Source: a virus (taxonomy: Duplodnaviria > Caudoviricetes). From it: 24,351 nt of DNA. A program made the position numbers and the translations under genes. This document shows positions 14,501-22,428 of this stretch, one piece after another (positions within the stretch are counted from its first letter, which is position 1; each line of letters opens with the position of its first letter). The stretch covers positions 1-24,351 of IMG/VR virus record IMGVR_UViG_3300022198_002878. One strand, given 5' to 3'. The notes under the pieces were generated by a model. That model did no database searches, was not told the origin of the DNA, and was given only the letters and a program-made list of their open reading frames with translations.

Positions 14501-17500
14501 TTGCTCAGATACATTTCTCTGCGACAATAATCTCTGCTCTTCGGCAGTTAATGGAGGTACCTTATCTTGGTCAGGAATCTTAGTTTCTAGGCTGGCTTTG
14601 CCATCTAGGATCATGTTTAAAGCATCGTTTCTGGATATCCCTCTCAACTGAGCTAACTCGTCAATTTTACTAATCGTTTCTTGCCTCGTTCTAAGAAGAA
14701 CTTTTTTGTCCAAACCTTTGGATTCCCTGGGCATATATAGAGACTTCAAACGATCCACACTTGCTGGGCTACTTTGCATACCTGAACGCTTCACATCAAA
14801 GACGCGATCTATACGAAATGATTTAGTAGCCGCACCGAATCCACGGCGCGTATTTCGACTAGCTATTTTATATCCAATTTTTTCTAAAAGTGGGTTAAGG
14901 GCAACTTGCTGTTGAGTGATCCCACCATGCAACGCATTTAAGAAATTTTTCTTCAAGATTGCACGATTTTCATTGGGGTCTAAATCAAGTTCTCCCTTCA
15001 AGCCTTTTGCTGTATTATTTCGATACAAATTAAAAGCCTGCCAAACCTCGTTATCGCTATCAAAAAGTTGTTGATATTCTGATGGAAGATTTTTCCAGTT
15101 TTTCAAGAATTGTAAGTTCCTTTGTAGCTGATCGACATCATGCAACATTACTAAAAGATTTCCGTCTTTAGTCATACGAAATGCATAAGGCATTTCATGC
15201 CTGTATTTAAATGGAACAGCTTTAGGTTTTCTACCCATCGAGGCGGCAAAATATCCAATTAAAAACCCTGCCCGTTCACCATCACCTTCTCGTAACGATC
15301 TACTGATTTCTCTTAGTGTTTGAATTTGCCTAGGATGCCAAGGACCTTGTGCTAATTTATCAATTACTTCAGGGCTTAAATTAGTGATCTCATTAGTATA
15401 TGGCCTGCCATCTTTGGTATAGATAATTTCTATGCCTGCATCCTCAAAAACTTTTTTAGCATGATCTGCTTGTCTTGCCTGTTCTTTTTTTAGCTCTCCA
15501 GCGGTGTATCTCAGGGGTGCGCCAGTCGGTCCTTTTTGCACCTCTGCTTCACCATTTTCATTTGTTCTCCACTTAAATAAACCACCAGTATTTAAGACAG
15601 CTTGAATAGCTGGATTATTTTGGTCTTCGGTTGTAAATGCGGTATCGAAATCTTGATCGATTGGACGCTTGCCTTCTTTGCGAATTGAGCGATCTATCGG
15701 TACTTCGCCTGGTGCTGTTTTTTGATCTCCCTGTATCTCTCTTTTTCGCAATCCACGGGTGTCAGAATAATACTTATCAATTAACTTTGTGATCTCAGGA
15801 ATGCGTTTAATTTTTACACCTTTTCCAATGCTTTTCATGCCCTGGAAAAATCCTTCTTCAACAAACTTTCCATTGCCATCCAATGGCCTACCAATCTTCA
15901 TTAAAAAGTCCCGAACGAATGATGTTCCCATCATCGCATCCGATGCACTTCTTATAATTTTTTCAACCGCAGTTCTGCCCTTTTCTTTTTTCCCTGAAAG
16001 CAAATAATCTTTTACTTGCTCGGCAAAGATTTCGCTGGTTGTACGGCCTATATCTTGTTGGTTTAATGTACGGTCAGAATCTGATATAGATTCATCTCCA
16101 ATCAATGCCCGATTGTAGTAATCCCTGATCGCATTAAATTCTTCATTCGTGACAATATTTCCATCTGCATCGTACTTCCCATATACCCCACCTTCTCCTG
16201 TCACAGGGTCACCAAAATATATTTTATTAATCATGGGGGTGAGTCCATGAATTTCTATATGGTGACCTATCTCATGAGCCAATAATCCATCAAATAAACC
16301 TTCACCGGTTAATGGATTATATTCGATAATACTTTGGCCTGTAGCTTCATCAAAATGCCAATTTCCCTGCCCTTTTTCTCCTGGACGAATTACTACATCC
16401 GGGTGGCTGATTGAATACTTGGCAATTCCCATCCGATGACCCATTGGTAACTTATCAAACGCTACTTGTTCATTTTTTGTAAGATGCTCTCGGTAGTAAT
16501 GTAAATCGCCAATCGCCTGCTCAAATAATTCGCCTTTGTTCTTAAACTTTTGGTACTGCCCTACCCCAACTCCAGCCATTGTGAAAGGCAAAGAAATCGC
16601 CACTCCAGCAACCGCCCCTTCGACATCCCCTTTAGCTCCAATAAATCCAAGTGCGGCAGGTAATGCACTTGCGACTGCCAGGTTTTCACCTGCTCGGCCA
16701 ACCGCTTCAATCGATCTGCCCAGCATTGGGTTGTTATCTAAAAACCGAGCTAGATTTCTAGTGGTTTCGGATATAACTGGTTGCTTGCCTACCCCGCCAG
16801 CACGAAACTCGGAAGTCATTTTACCAACTCGCTTGCTTGCAGTTTTTGCTCCTGTAAAAAATGGCTCAATAGGTTTGGTAAAGAAATTACCCGATGGTGC
16901 GTTGAGCATTTGCAACCTGTCTTTGTTTGCTCCGATTAGCCCCTCCTCGGCTCCTGGAAGCATCGACAATCTGTTAAAAAATGGTCCCGCCTCTTTGGTG
17001 GTTTGTGCAAATATCATTTCACTACCAACCACCCTCGCATCTCGAATAAAACCATCTGCGAACTTAGCCAATTTAGGAAGCGTCTTTACTGCTAATGCTC
17101 CACCTAAAAAACTTGAAGCACTTCCCGGTTCTCCGAATGTTAATGAACCCAGCCCTAATATGCCCGCACCAGTTAGTCCTGCATTTGTATACATCCTCCA
17201 TTGGCGCATTGCCTGTGCTTCGGTTATTTCCTGACCCGCATCAGCGGCACTTCGCATAATAAACCTAAGTGCTACTTCTTGAGGCAAGATAGACACAAAC
17301 CTCGCCCCTTTCAACATAGATGGGAGCATAGCCCCAGTAACCATACCAGGTACACCACCACCCAAAGCAAATCCTAAAGTAGCACCGGCAATCTCCGGAT
17401 TGAGCTTCATCGCTTGCATGACCCCCTTACGGGCAAGGCTCATTTTCCCTGCTGGTTTCATGGCGGAGTAAACCATATTCATAGTCATCTTTCCAGCCGC

Positions 17501-18871
17501 TGTATTGTCTGCGATCTTAGATGCTTGCTTTAGCAATTCAGCTGGTGATGCTTGGGCGGCAAATCGAGCAGTCAGACTGTTCCGTCCAAACTTATCCAAG
17601 ATGGCTTGTTTTTGGGCAAGCTCATCCATCAAAGGTTTAGCCGCTTGTGCCACACGATTACGAACCAATGCTTCGGCTGGCATTTTTTCCAACCCTTTTA
17701 AAAGTGGTGCTAATTTTTTATTGAGTACCGCAACCTCGCTAAGGGTCTTTTTGATTGTGCCTGAAAGTGCTACTCTTTGTGGGAGTGTTAATCCCTTTGC
17801 AACCGTCCCAGTTCCAGCATTTAGAGGGTCGGCTAGTATCTCAGTCATAAAACTAATACCTTGGTCAGGCTGAACAAACCCCGATCTTAAATCCTGTAAA
17901 AGCTCACTTTCCTGAGTGATATCATTTACATCACCCCCCATAACCTCGAAGATATCCTTGTCATCTATTTGGCCCAGCGTAAGAGCTTCGCCTACTGAAG
18001 AGACCAGACTCTTTGCCGCTATACCTGGATTTTCTAAAATCATCGCACCCATGTCTGCCGCATCATCATATTGTTGCATGGACTGATCGTATTTGATCTC
18101 GGAGTTTACGAGATCCAAAATATCAGAGTCATCCAACATCCCGACCATGTCTTTAGCACCCACCTCTAAGGCATTTGCCAAGTAGTTAGCACCTCTGCCT
18201 AAGAACTGTGATGTAAATACTCCACGAACTCCTCCTTCTGCCAGTCCTGAAACTGTTGCCTTTTCTGCATAATCCAAGGCGGCGGCTTTTACCCGACCTC
18301 TTGCTCCTTTATTATTTGCGTAGAAAGGCATACCGCTTTGTTTTAATGCCTCGGCAACCATGTCGGGTAGGTCGGACAAGTCTTCGGTGTTATCTAATAG
18401 ACCGTACAATAATTTACCTGCTTCTTTAAATTGTTCAGCGTTTTCAGTCTTTTTGTAGTCTATGGCTTCGTCAGGTAGGTTTACTAGTTTCTCAACTGGG
18501 CCACCTGTTACGCTAACAGAACCAAATGAAAAAGCTTTAAGAGGATCAAAACCTAGTGCTGGGCTGATGTTTCCCCCAGTAGCTAACTTTACACCCTGCA
18601 AAAAACGGACACCTGCATCCTTAACCATCTCTCCAAGTCCATCCAAAACCTTGGACTCTCGACCCTGCATATTTTTATTCTCCTCAAAGAATCCATTCTT
18701 CCATGCAGATACCTTTTCCTCGTCTGTTAATTGGGATATACCATAGGGCCGAACAATCTGTTTAGCGACAAACCAAAGATCCTCTTCGGTGGGTTGTTTA
18801 TCGTCTGGCCCTTCTAGTGAATAACCATTTAATTGGGGTAACCGAGGGTGAGAGATTTTAAATTTAGCCAT
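11549..18871 (-). CDS. Large polyvalent internal virion/ejection protein: HExxH metallopeptidase, RHH-like domain and three ART-like domains
   Basis: 2440 aa; last gene of the ejection cluster. It has Gly/Ala-rich hydrophobic segments, LAHEIGHH (H866) plus EIFAE, and YHGT...G[LF]YF...G[IY]DG/IPG...Y[VI][IA]F ART-PolyVal-like motifs. Confidence 0.8.
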   Translation of the reverse strand: MAKFKISHPRLPQLNGYSLEGPDDKQPTEEDLWFVAKQIVRPYGISQLTDEEKVSAWKNGFFEENKNMQGRESKVLDGLGEMVKDAGVRFLQGVKLATGGNISPALGFDPLKAFSFGSVSVTGGPVEKLVNLPDEAIDYKKTENAEQFKEAGKLLYGLLDNTEDLSDLPDMVAEALKQSGMPFYANNKGARGRVKAAALDYAEKATVSGLAEGGVRGVFTSQFLGRGANYLANALEVGAKDMVGMLDDSDILDLVNSEIKYDQSMQQYDDAADMGAMILENPGIAAKSLVSSVGEALTLGQIDDKDIFEVMGGDVNDITQESELLQDLRSGFVQPDQGISFMTEILADPLNAGTGTVAKGLTLPQRVALSGTIKKTLSEVAVLNKKLAPLLKGLEKMPAEALVRNRVAQAAKPLMDELAQKQAILDKFGRNSLTARFAAQASPAELLKQASKIADNTAAGKMTMNMVYSAMKPAGKMSLARKGVMQAMKLNPEIAGATLGFALGGGVPGMVTGAMLPSMLKGARFVSILPQEVALRFIMRSAADAGQEITEAQAMRQWRMYTNAGLTGAGILGLGSLTFGEPGSASSFLGGALAVKTLPKLAKFADGFIRDARVVGSEMIFAQTTKEAGPFFNRLSMLPGAEEGLIGANKDRLQMLNAPSGNFFTKPIEPFFTGAKTASKRVGKMTSEFRAGGVGKQPVISETTRNLARFLDNNPMLGRSIEAVGRAGENLAVASALPAALGFIGAKGDVEGAVAGVAISLPFTMAGVGVGQYQKFKNKGELFEQAIGDLHYYREHLTKNEQVAFDKLPMGHRMGIAKYSISHPDVVIRPGEKGQGNWHFDEATGQSIIEYNPLTGEGLFDGLLAHEIGHHIEIHGLTPMINKIYFGDPVTGEGGVYGKYDADGNIVTNEEFNAIRDYYNRALIGDESISDSDRTLNQQDIGRTTSEIFAEQVKDYLLSGKKEKGRTAVEKIIRSASDAMMGTSFVRDFLMKIGRPLDGNGKFVEEGFFQGMKSIGKGVKIKRIPEITKLIDKYYSDTRGLRKREIQGDQKTAPGEVPIDRSIRKEGKRPIDQDFDTAFTTEDQNNPAIQAVLNTGGLFKWRTNENGEAEVQKGPTGAPLRYTAGELKKEQARQADHAKKVFEDAGIEIIYTKDGRPYTNEITNLSPEVIDKLAQGPWHPRQIQTLREISRSLREGDGERAGFLIGYFAASMGRKPKAVPFKYRHEMPYAFRMTKDGNLLVMLHDVDQLQRNLQFLKNWKNLPSEYQQLFDSDNEVWQAFNLYRNNTAKGLKGELDLDPNENRAILKKNFLNALHGGITQQQVALNPLLEKIGYKIASRNTRRGFGAATKSFRIDRVFDVKRSGMQSSPASVDRLKSLYMPRESKGLDKKVLLRTRQETISKIDELAQLRGISRNDALNMILDGKASLETKIPDQDKVPPLTAEEQRLLSQRNVSEQDAQAYREAVQKRQQIAEQEILGDRKFMPQMELDFLAKTEQSQPNFWRLFKIDPKGKNVYREVADVLIDTGDSSNDASTAFYQAPLLGLDTKTLRLEMQKAQRRFRSKNTGRRYMPREQQKAQKYGFKLKQAYKTEGEQIKQARKLWREKNFESPYFQHFMRGEENEAPVFATIKNQNYKPIPLYYFGELGSPIGTYDKVLDASSIMSDTVTKKDTHRWSETSPITVTTNRLVANQKQKAENPNLKPLVLASNAKYIFDPNNPSHRESITLPSGERLPVDSESLFAYEPEIKKRGWHGYKSTDSAGNELVTIFDSKRLKLIEDQSAETKFFSKDRPFGKVSGLFGYPTATSKFSSFENKDIRYMPAAYHGTPHTFAPEPGAPLGKFRTSAIGTGEGAQAYGHGLYFAGKQDVAEHYRKTLARIENPNKWKEKPGIESFDQEVGFILDDAAIMSKNNAEFLKDLETLETQATSGEYEYSPTEVSHIKKAVSLVKSGDVELAKGSLYKVELAPKENEYLLWDKPLSEQPKGVREKVEKVAKEKNIPVKQEEEFIVIYDSDARDKFHFEVQGGETGLSLPGITKNSLVDLVGKKTANQIISDLGKQSDVGMAQVVLSGEVSLLGKNIYQKLVSDQSSKQTKSLGKPDAAASAALKEAGIPGIKYLDGSSRSKGEGDYNYVIFDEADVQITDKLFMPASEAGAGKGKQAEAAKLWNEKGTDSPYFKKWFGKSKVVDENGEPLVVYHGTPGKLEGNFFDPNKLGEGHDVEGAGFYFTNDRSEASRYKRGEDGTVYETYLSLKNPIDESTPIPSVETVEALIAKANDSKSIEDLYQKFEDNEDLFWESGLSNWSEEPYSAVSSQVNAVRNYDTAHEAFQTVWYDVFGGDNKSYMKAMTEIGIDGVILKEETRHQGNDHYIAFSPEQIKSATGNRGTFDAGERNINYMPSDPKAPTRQPANRITRQAPAMPGNRFMLPAVSAGAKSAERFR

Positions 18872-18873
18872 TT

Positions 18874-20226
18874 TTAATTATCACTAAGTACGAAACCTCC
18901 GGGCGTAGTTATATTTGTCTGATTATCGGGAGTCGGTTTACCTCCCATAGGAACATTTTGATCCATCCAAGCAATGGCTTGTTCTACAGTTTTAAATGTA
19001 AGTCCTTGTTGATTAGCCAGCTTCCTCGCTTGTATTGATCTCATAAAATTATCATAATGCAATTTAATCGAATCTAAGTTTTTCCGGAATAATTTTGGCG
19101 ATAATCTTTGATCTAATGATCCCTTTGCGCTTTTTAAAAGTTCAAGTTCGATATTGGATACCTGACCTAAAGCCCCACCAGTTGGAGAATCATTTCTCAT
19201 TTTTTGCAGCCTTGAGAATGCAACATCTGACATGATAGTTTTAATATAAGCAGCAGCATTAGCCGCATTAGTGCCTCCTATATTCATGAAAGTTTCTGCA
19301 CCAAAACCGCTTACCGGCCCTCCTAATTTAGGTCCTTCTTCTAAAATATTATAAAGTCCATCAATGGCTTCCAGAACTGACCCAGTGTAAGATTCATCCC
19401 CAATAGGTGGGTTTAGTTGTTTTTCTAATTTATTTAAATCTCCTTCATTTTTTATCTCTTGTGATGCAATCTCTAGTTTCTTATTTTCAATGTCTAACAA
19501 TTTAATTTGGAGTTCAGCTTCTTCTTTAGGAGTCATCGGTTTCGGCTGATTGGCCAACTCCTCTGCTTCCTCAATCTTTTGTAGCCCCATAAATCGATTA
19601 GCCGATAATCTTGGGTCCATTCCGGTTTCTCTAGCAAAAGTTGCAAAGTCTTCTGAGCCGAGACTACCTACAGTTACTTTAGGTTGGCGTTCGATTTCTG
19701 CATCGAGGAATCGATTACGCATTTCAGGATCTCCACCAAGTGCAAACAAGCCTGGTCTAGCCATGTCAGCATTTTGCTGAACAGCAGGATCGATTGTTTC
19801 GGAAATCAAATTTTCTGAAAAACCTATGAGTCGCTGAGTTTCCGCATCTGCCCTTTCATTTTGCTGTTCTATCTCTGCCTGCCTAGCCGCTCTTCCTTGA
19901 GCCGCAATATTAGCTTGGGTAGCTAGTCTCTCCCTTTCCATTTTCATTTTGGCCTTAGTTTCCTGGCCTCGCTGATACTCATTTTGCAAGAATGGGTTTT
20001 TGGCGATTGCTTGTGCATCTTTTTCAGATACGCCTTGGCCCATTAAAAATCCTGCAATTTCATTTGCCCGTTTCTTTTTTTCCTGTCCCTCGATGTATCC
20101 TTTTGCTACTTGGCCAAGTGCTTGACCAAAGGATGCATTGGCGGCCGCATTTGCCCGTCCCGCCTCAAGGAATGGTGAGAAATCGACTCGCATGAGTCCC
20201 GCTTGAACTGTGTCTCCTATTGCCAT
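18874..20226 (-). CDS. Internal virion/ejection protein
   Basis: N-terminal Ala/Gly helix, coiled coils, and a C-terminal LQKMRNDSPTGGALGQVSNIELELL motif seen in podophage internal proteins. It lies between the other ejection genes. Confidence 0.6.
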   Translation of the reverse strand: MAIGDTVQAGLMRVDFSPFLEAGRANAAANASFGQALGQVAKGYIEGQEKKKRANEIAGFLMGQGVSEKDAQAIAKNPFLQNEYQRGQETKAKMKMERERLATQANIAAQGRAARQAEIEQQNERADAETQRLIGFSENLISETIDPAVQQNADMARPGLFALGGDPEMRNRFLDAEIERQPKVTVGSLGSEDFATFARETGMDPRLSANRFMGLQKIEEAEELANQPKPMTPKEEAELQIKLLDIENKKLEIASQEIKNEGDLNKLEKQLNPPIGDESYTGSVLEAIDGLYNILEEGPKLGGPVSGFGAETFMNIGGTNAANAAAYIKTIMSDVAFSRLQKMRNDSPTGGALGQVSNIELELLKSAKGSLDQRLSPKLFRKNLDSIKLHYDNFMRSIQARKLANQQGLTFKTVEQAIAWMDQNVPMGGKPTPDNQTNITTPGGFVLSDN

Positions 20227-20230
20227 AGTT

Positions 20231-21640
20231 TTATCCTTTTCCTAACCATCCACCTGCGGCCGTTCCTAACGCCCCAAATAATCCTTGAGCCGCTCCACTA
20301 GCCGCTTGTTCGCGAGCCGCATAGGTGTTCGCCAGATAGTTTGCCCGATTCGCATATTCTTGCATACCAATATTTACTCCAGCATCGGGATTGATCCGAG
20401 TGACTGATTCTTGTGGCAATCCAAATAGGGAGGCTCGTTGGGCGTATCCCTGCTGGACAAAGTTTTGTCCTCCACCGGTAAGCATTCTAGGATCGTATGA
20501 GGTTGCCTGGTTTCCTCGCATAGCATAACTACCAAGTGATTGTGCCTGGTTTCTGCTGTCCCGAAGTACATCTCGCAAATAATCCTCGCGGCTCATCGCT
20601 TGGGCGGCAATGCCCACATTGTCAGTACCTCTGCCTCGTGAGGTAAGAGATTCAAGCGCTGATTGATCTGCCCTTCTACGCATCTCAGGCGATAGGTCGG
20701 TCATCTGACTCTCGCGGTATGCATCGGCGGCCATCTTGTTTGCTTGCTCAACTCGTGCTTGCATGAGTGGGTCGGATGAGCGGACCGCTTGGGTCATATC
20801 CGCACCGAATCGATTCATTAGCGAGATGTCGGAACCTGCCTGACGCTCGGCCATTTGTGCGCCGAACTCTTGTGATCGCATAGCCTGTTGCTCCGCAAGC
20901 TGTGCCATCGGATCGGCGGCACGGCGAGCTAGGCTCATCTGCAAGTCTTGATACTGCGGATCGTAGCGCTGGCGATTAGCGAGTAGTTGGTTCTGTAGAG
21001 CGGGATCAGACATCGCATTTACATAATCGCGAGCCGATTGACCTACATCGAACTTTTCTAAAGCCGGTGCATCCTTCCCACCGCCAAATAATCTCTGTAT
21101 GAAATATGATTTTACGCCTGAAGAGTTTACAGGTACACCCGCCCCACCCTTCTTCTTTAGCAGTTTTGCTTCCTTATCATTAATATAGGCAATCTCCTCT
21201 CCTTTCGGTGCGGCCATATTAAGAAGGGTAGCCGCTTGCTTGAGAGGATCTTCGGGTGCATACGATACAATGCCTTCAGGTGTCATTTTGCCCGATGCTC
21301 CTGATCGCATAAGCATCTCTCTTTCGATTGGATTTATATATGCGAGAGATTCTCCCGCTGGTCCTTTAGACTCAAGATATTTAATGACATCGTCCTGCGA
21401 TACATTTTGATTAAATGCACTAGGGTTGCTGTCAGGGAAATAAGTGGGGTTTTTCTCTTTTGCGTAATTCGTAGGGTTCTTCATGTACGCAGAATCACCT
21501 GGGTCTTTCATCCTGCTATAATCTATATTCCCCAAGAATGCGTGTCTTTGCATATGCATTCTTCTCTCTGCCTCCTGGGCAATTTCATCCTCAGATGGAC
21601 CCATGCCCACCAATCTTTTAAGTGCGTCTAGTGATTCCAT
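20231..21640 (-). CDS. DNA transfer/pilot-like internal virion protein
   Basis: Gln/Ala/Met-rich helical body, internal FGGGK, Gly-rich C-terminus GLFGALGTAAGGWLG, and a duplicated N-terminal AYIN motif. Confidence 0.6.
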   Translation of the reverse strand: MESLDALKRLVGMGPSEDEIAQEAERRMHMQRHAFLGNIDYSRMKDPGDSAYMKNPTNYAKEKNPTYFPDSNPSAFNQNVSQDDVIKYLESKGPAGESLAYINPIEREMLMRSGASGKMTPEGIVSYAPEDPLKQAATLLNMAAPKGEEIAYINDKEAKLLKKKGGAGVPVNSSGVKSYFIQRLFGGGKDAPALEKFDVGQSARDYVNAMSDPALQNQLLANRQRYDPQYQDLQMSLARRAADPMAQLAEQQAMRSQEFGAQMAERQAGSDISLMNRFGADMTQAVRSSDPLMQARVEQANKMAADAYRESQMTDLSPEMRRRADQSALESLTSRGRGTDNVGIAAQAMSREDYLRDVLRDSRNQAQSLGSYAMRGNQATSYDPRMLTGGGQNFVQQGYAQRASLFGLPQESVTRINPDAGVNIGMQEYANRANYLANTYAAREQAASGAAQGLFGALGTAAGGWLGKG

Positions 21641-21645
21641 ATCGA

Positions 21646-22416
21646 TTAAGTTTTGATAATGTAATTTAAAATGATGGTGGGCTGGACATTGTTGTGTGCG
21701 TCCCCATTGCCTTGGCTAGTAACACTCCCTCCATTATTAAAAGGATGCGTTCTTCCTCCTCCCCCTGAAACATCAGATATATGGCTGGTTCCAACAGTTC
21801 CGCCTCCGTGATCGTGTGAGGGCATCTGTGCGATTGTAAGCGTGTGTGTTTCTGCACCACCTGTAGCCCCTAAAGTGTCTCCATTTAATCCGCCGGATTG
21901 GTTAGTTAATCGATTAGCAGATGTGCCTCCCATGTCGTCCTGACCAGCGATAACTCGTCCACGAAGGTCAGGTATGTTAAATGTGGTTGATCCATCACCT
22001 ACGCCGTAGGTTGTTCCGACTATGCCAAATAAACTAGAGTAGATTGTTCTGCTTATAGCCGCACCATCACAAAGTAAGAACCCTGTTGGCGCAGATGATC
22101 CAGCATAAGGCATAAGCGATGCAGTCGGCATAAGTACACTTACCGCCGCACTATCGAGCTTGGCCGCTGTAACCGAGTTGTCCTTTATGTGATCTGTACC
22201 GACTGCTCGATTATTATCATCTAAAGCATCACTCGCCAACTCGTTTGAGCCGATTCCATTGCTTGGTACTTTGAGTTTACCTGTGCCTGTGTCTTTAACG
22301 ATGGTTGACTCATCTGCCGGATCATCGAAGGTCGCGAGATCCACAATGTCTTGCAGTTTTTGCGCGGTTACTTGATCGCCTGATGCGAAGGTTTGTCCTC
22401 GTGATAATATTGCCAT
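21646..22416 (-). CDS. Short tail fibre protein with a phage tail collar domain
   Basis: MPYAGSSAPTGFLLCDGAAISRTIYSSLF...YGVGDGSTTFNIPDLRGRV; GGAETHTLT..QMPSHDH; AHNNVQP..ILNYIIK. Confidence 0.92.
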   Translation of the reverse strand: MAILSRGQTFASGDQVTAQKLQDIVDLATFDDPADESTIVKDTGTGKLKVPSNGIGSNELASDALDDNNRAVGTDHIKDNSVTAAKLDSAAVSVLMPTASLMPYAGSSAPTGFLLCDGAAISRTIYSSLFGIVGTTYGVGDGSTTFNIPDLRGRVIAGQDDMGGTSANRLTNQSGGLNGDTLGATGGAETHTLTIAQMPSHDHGGGTVGTSHISDVSGGGGRTHPFNNGGSVTSQGNGDAHNNVQPTIILNYIIKT

Positions 22417-22428
22417 AATAATTACTCC

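Noticed and set aside
16536-17873. Long plus-strand ORFs (232 aa, 122 aa) and the other antisense ORFs in the track
   Set aside because: They are antisense shadows of well-supported minus-strand genes, with no motifs of their own.
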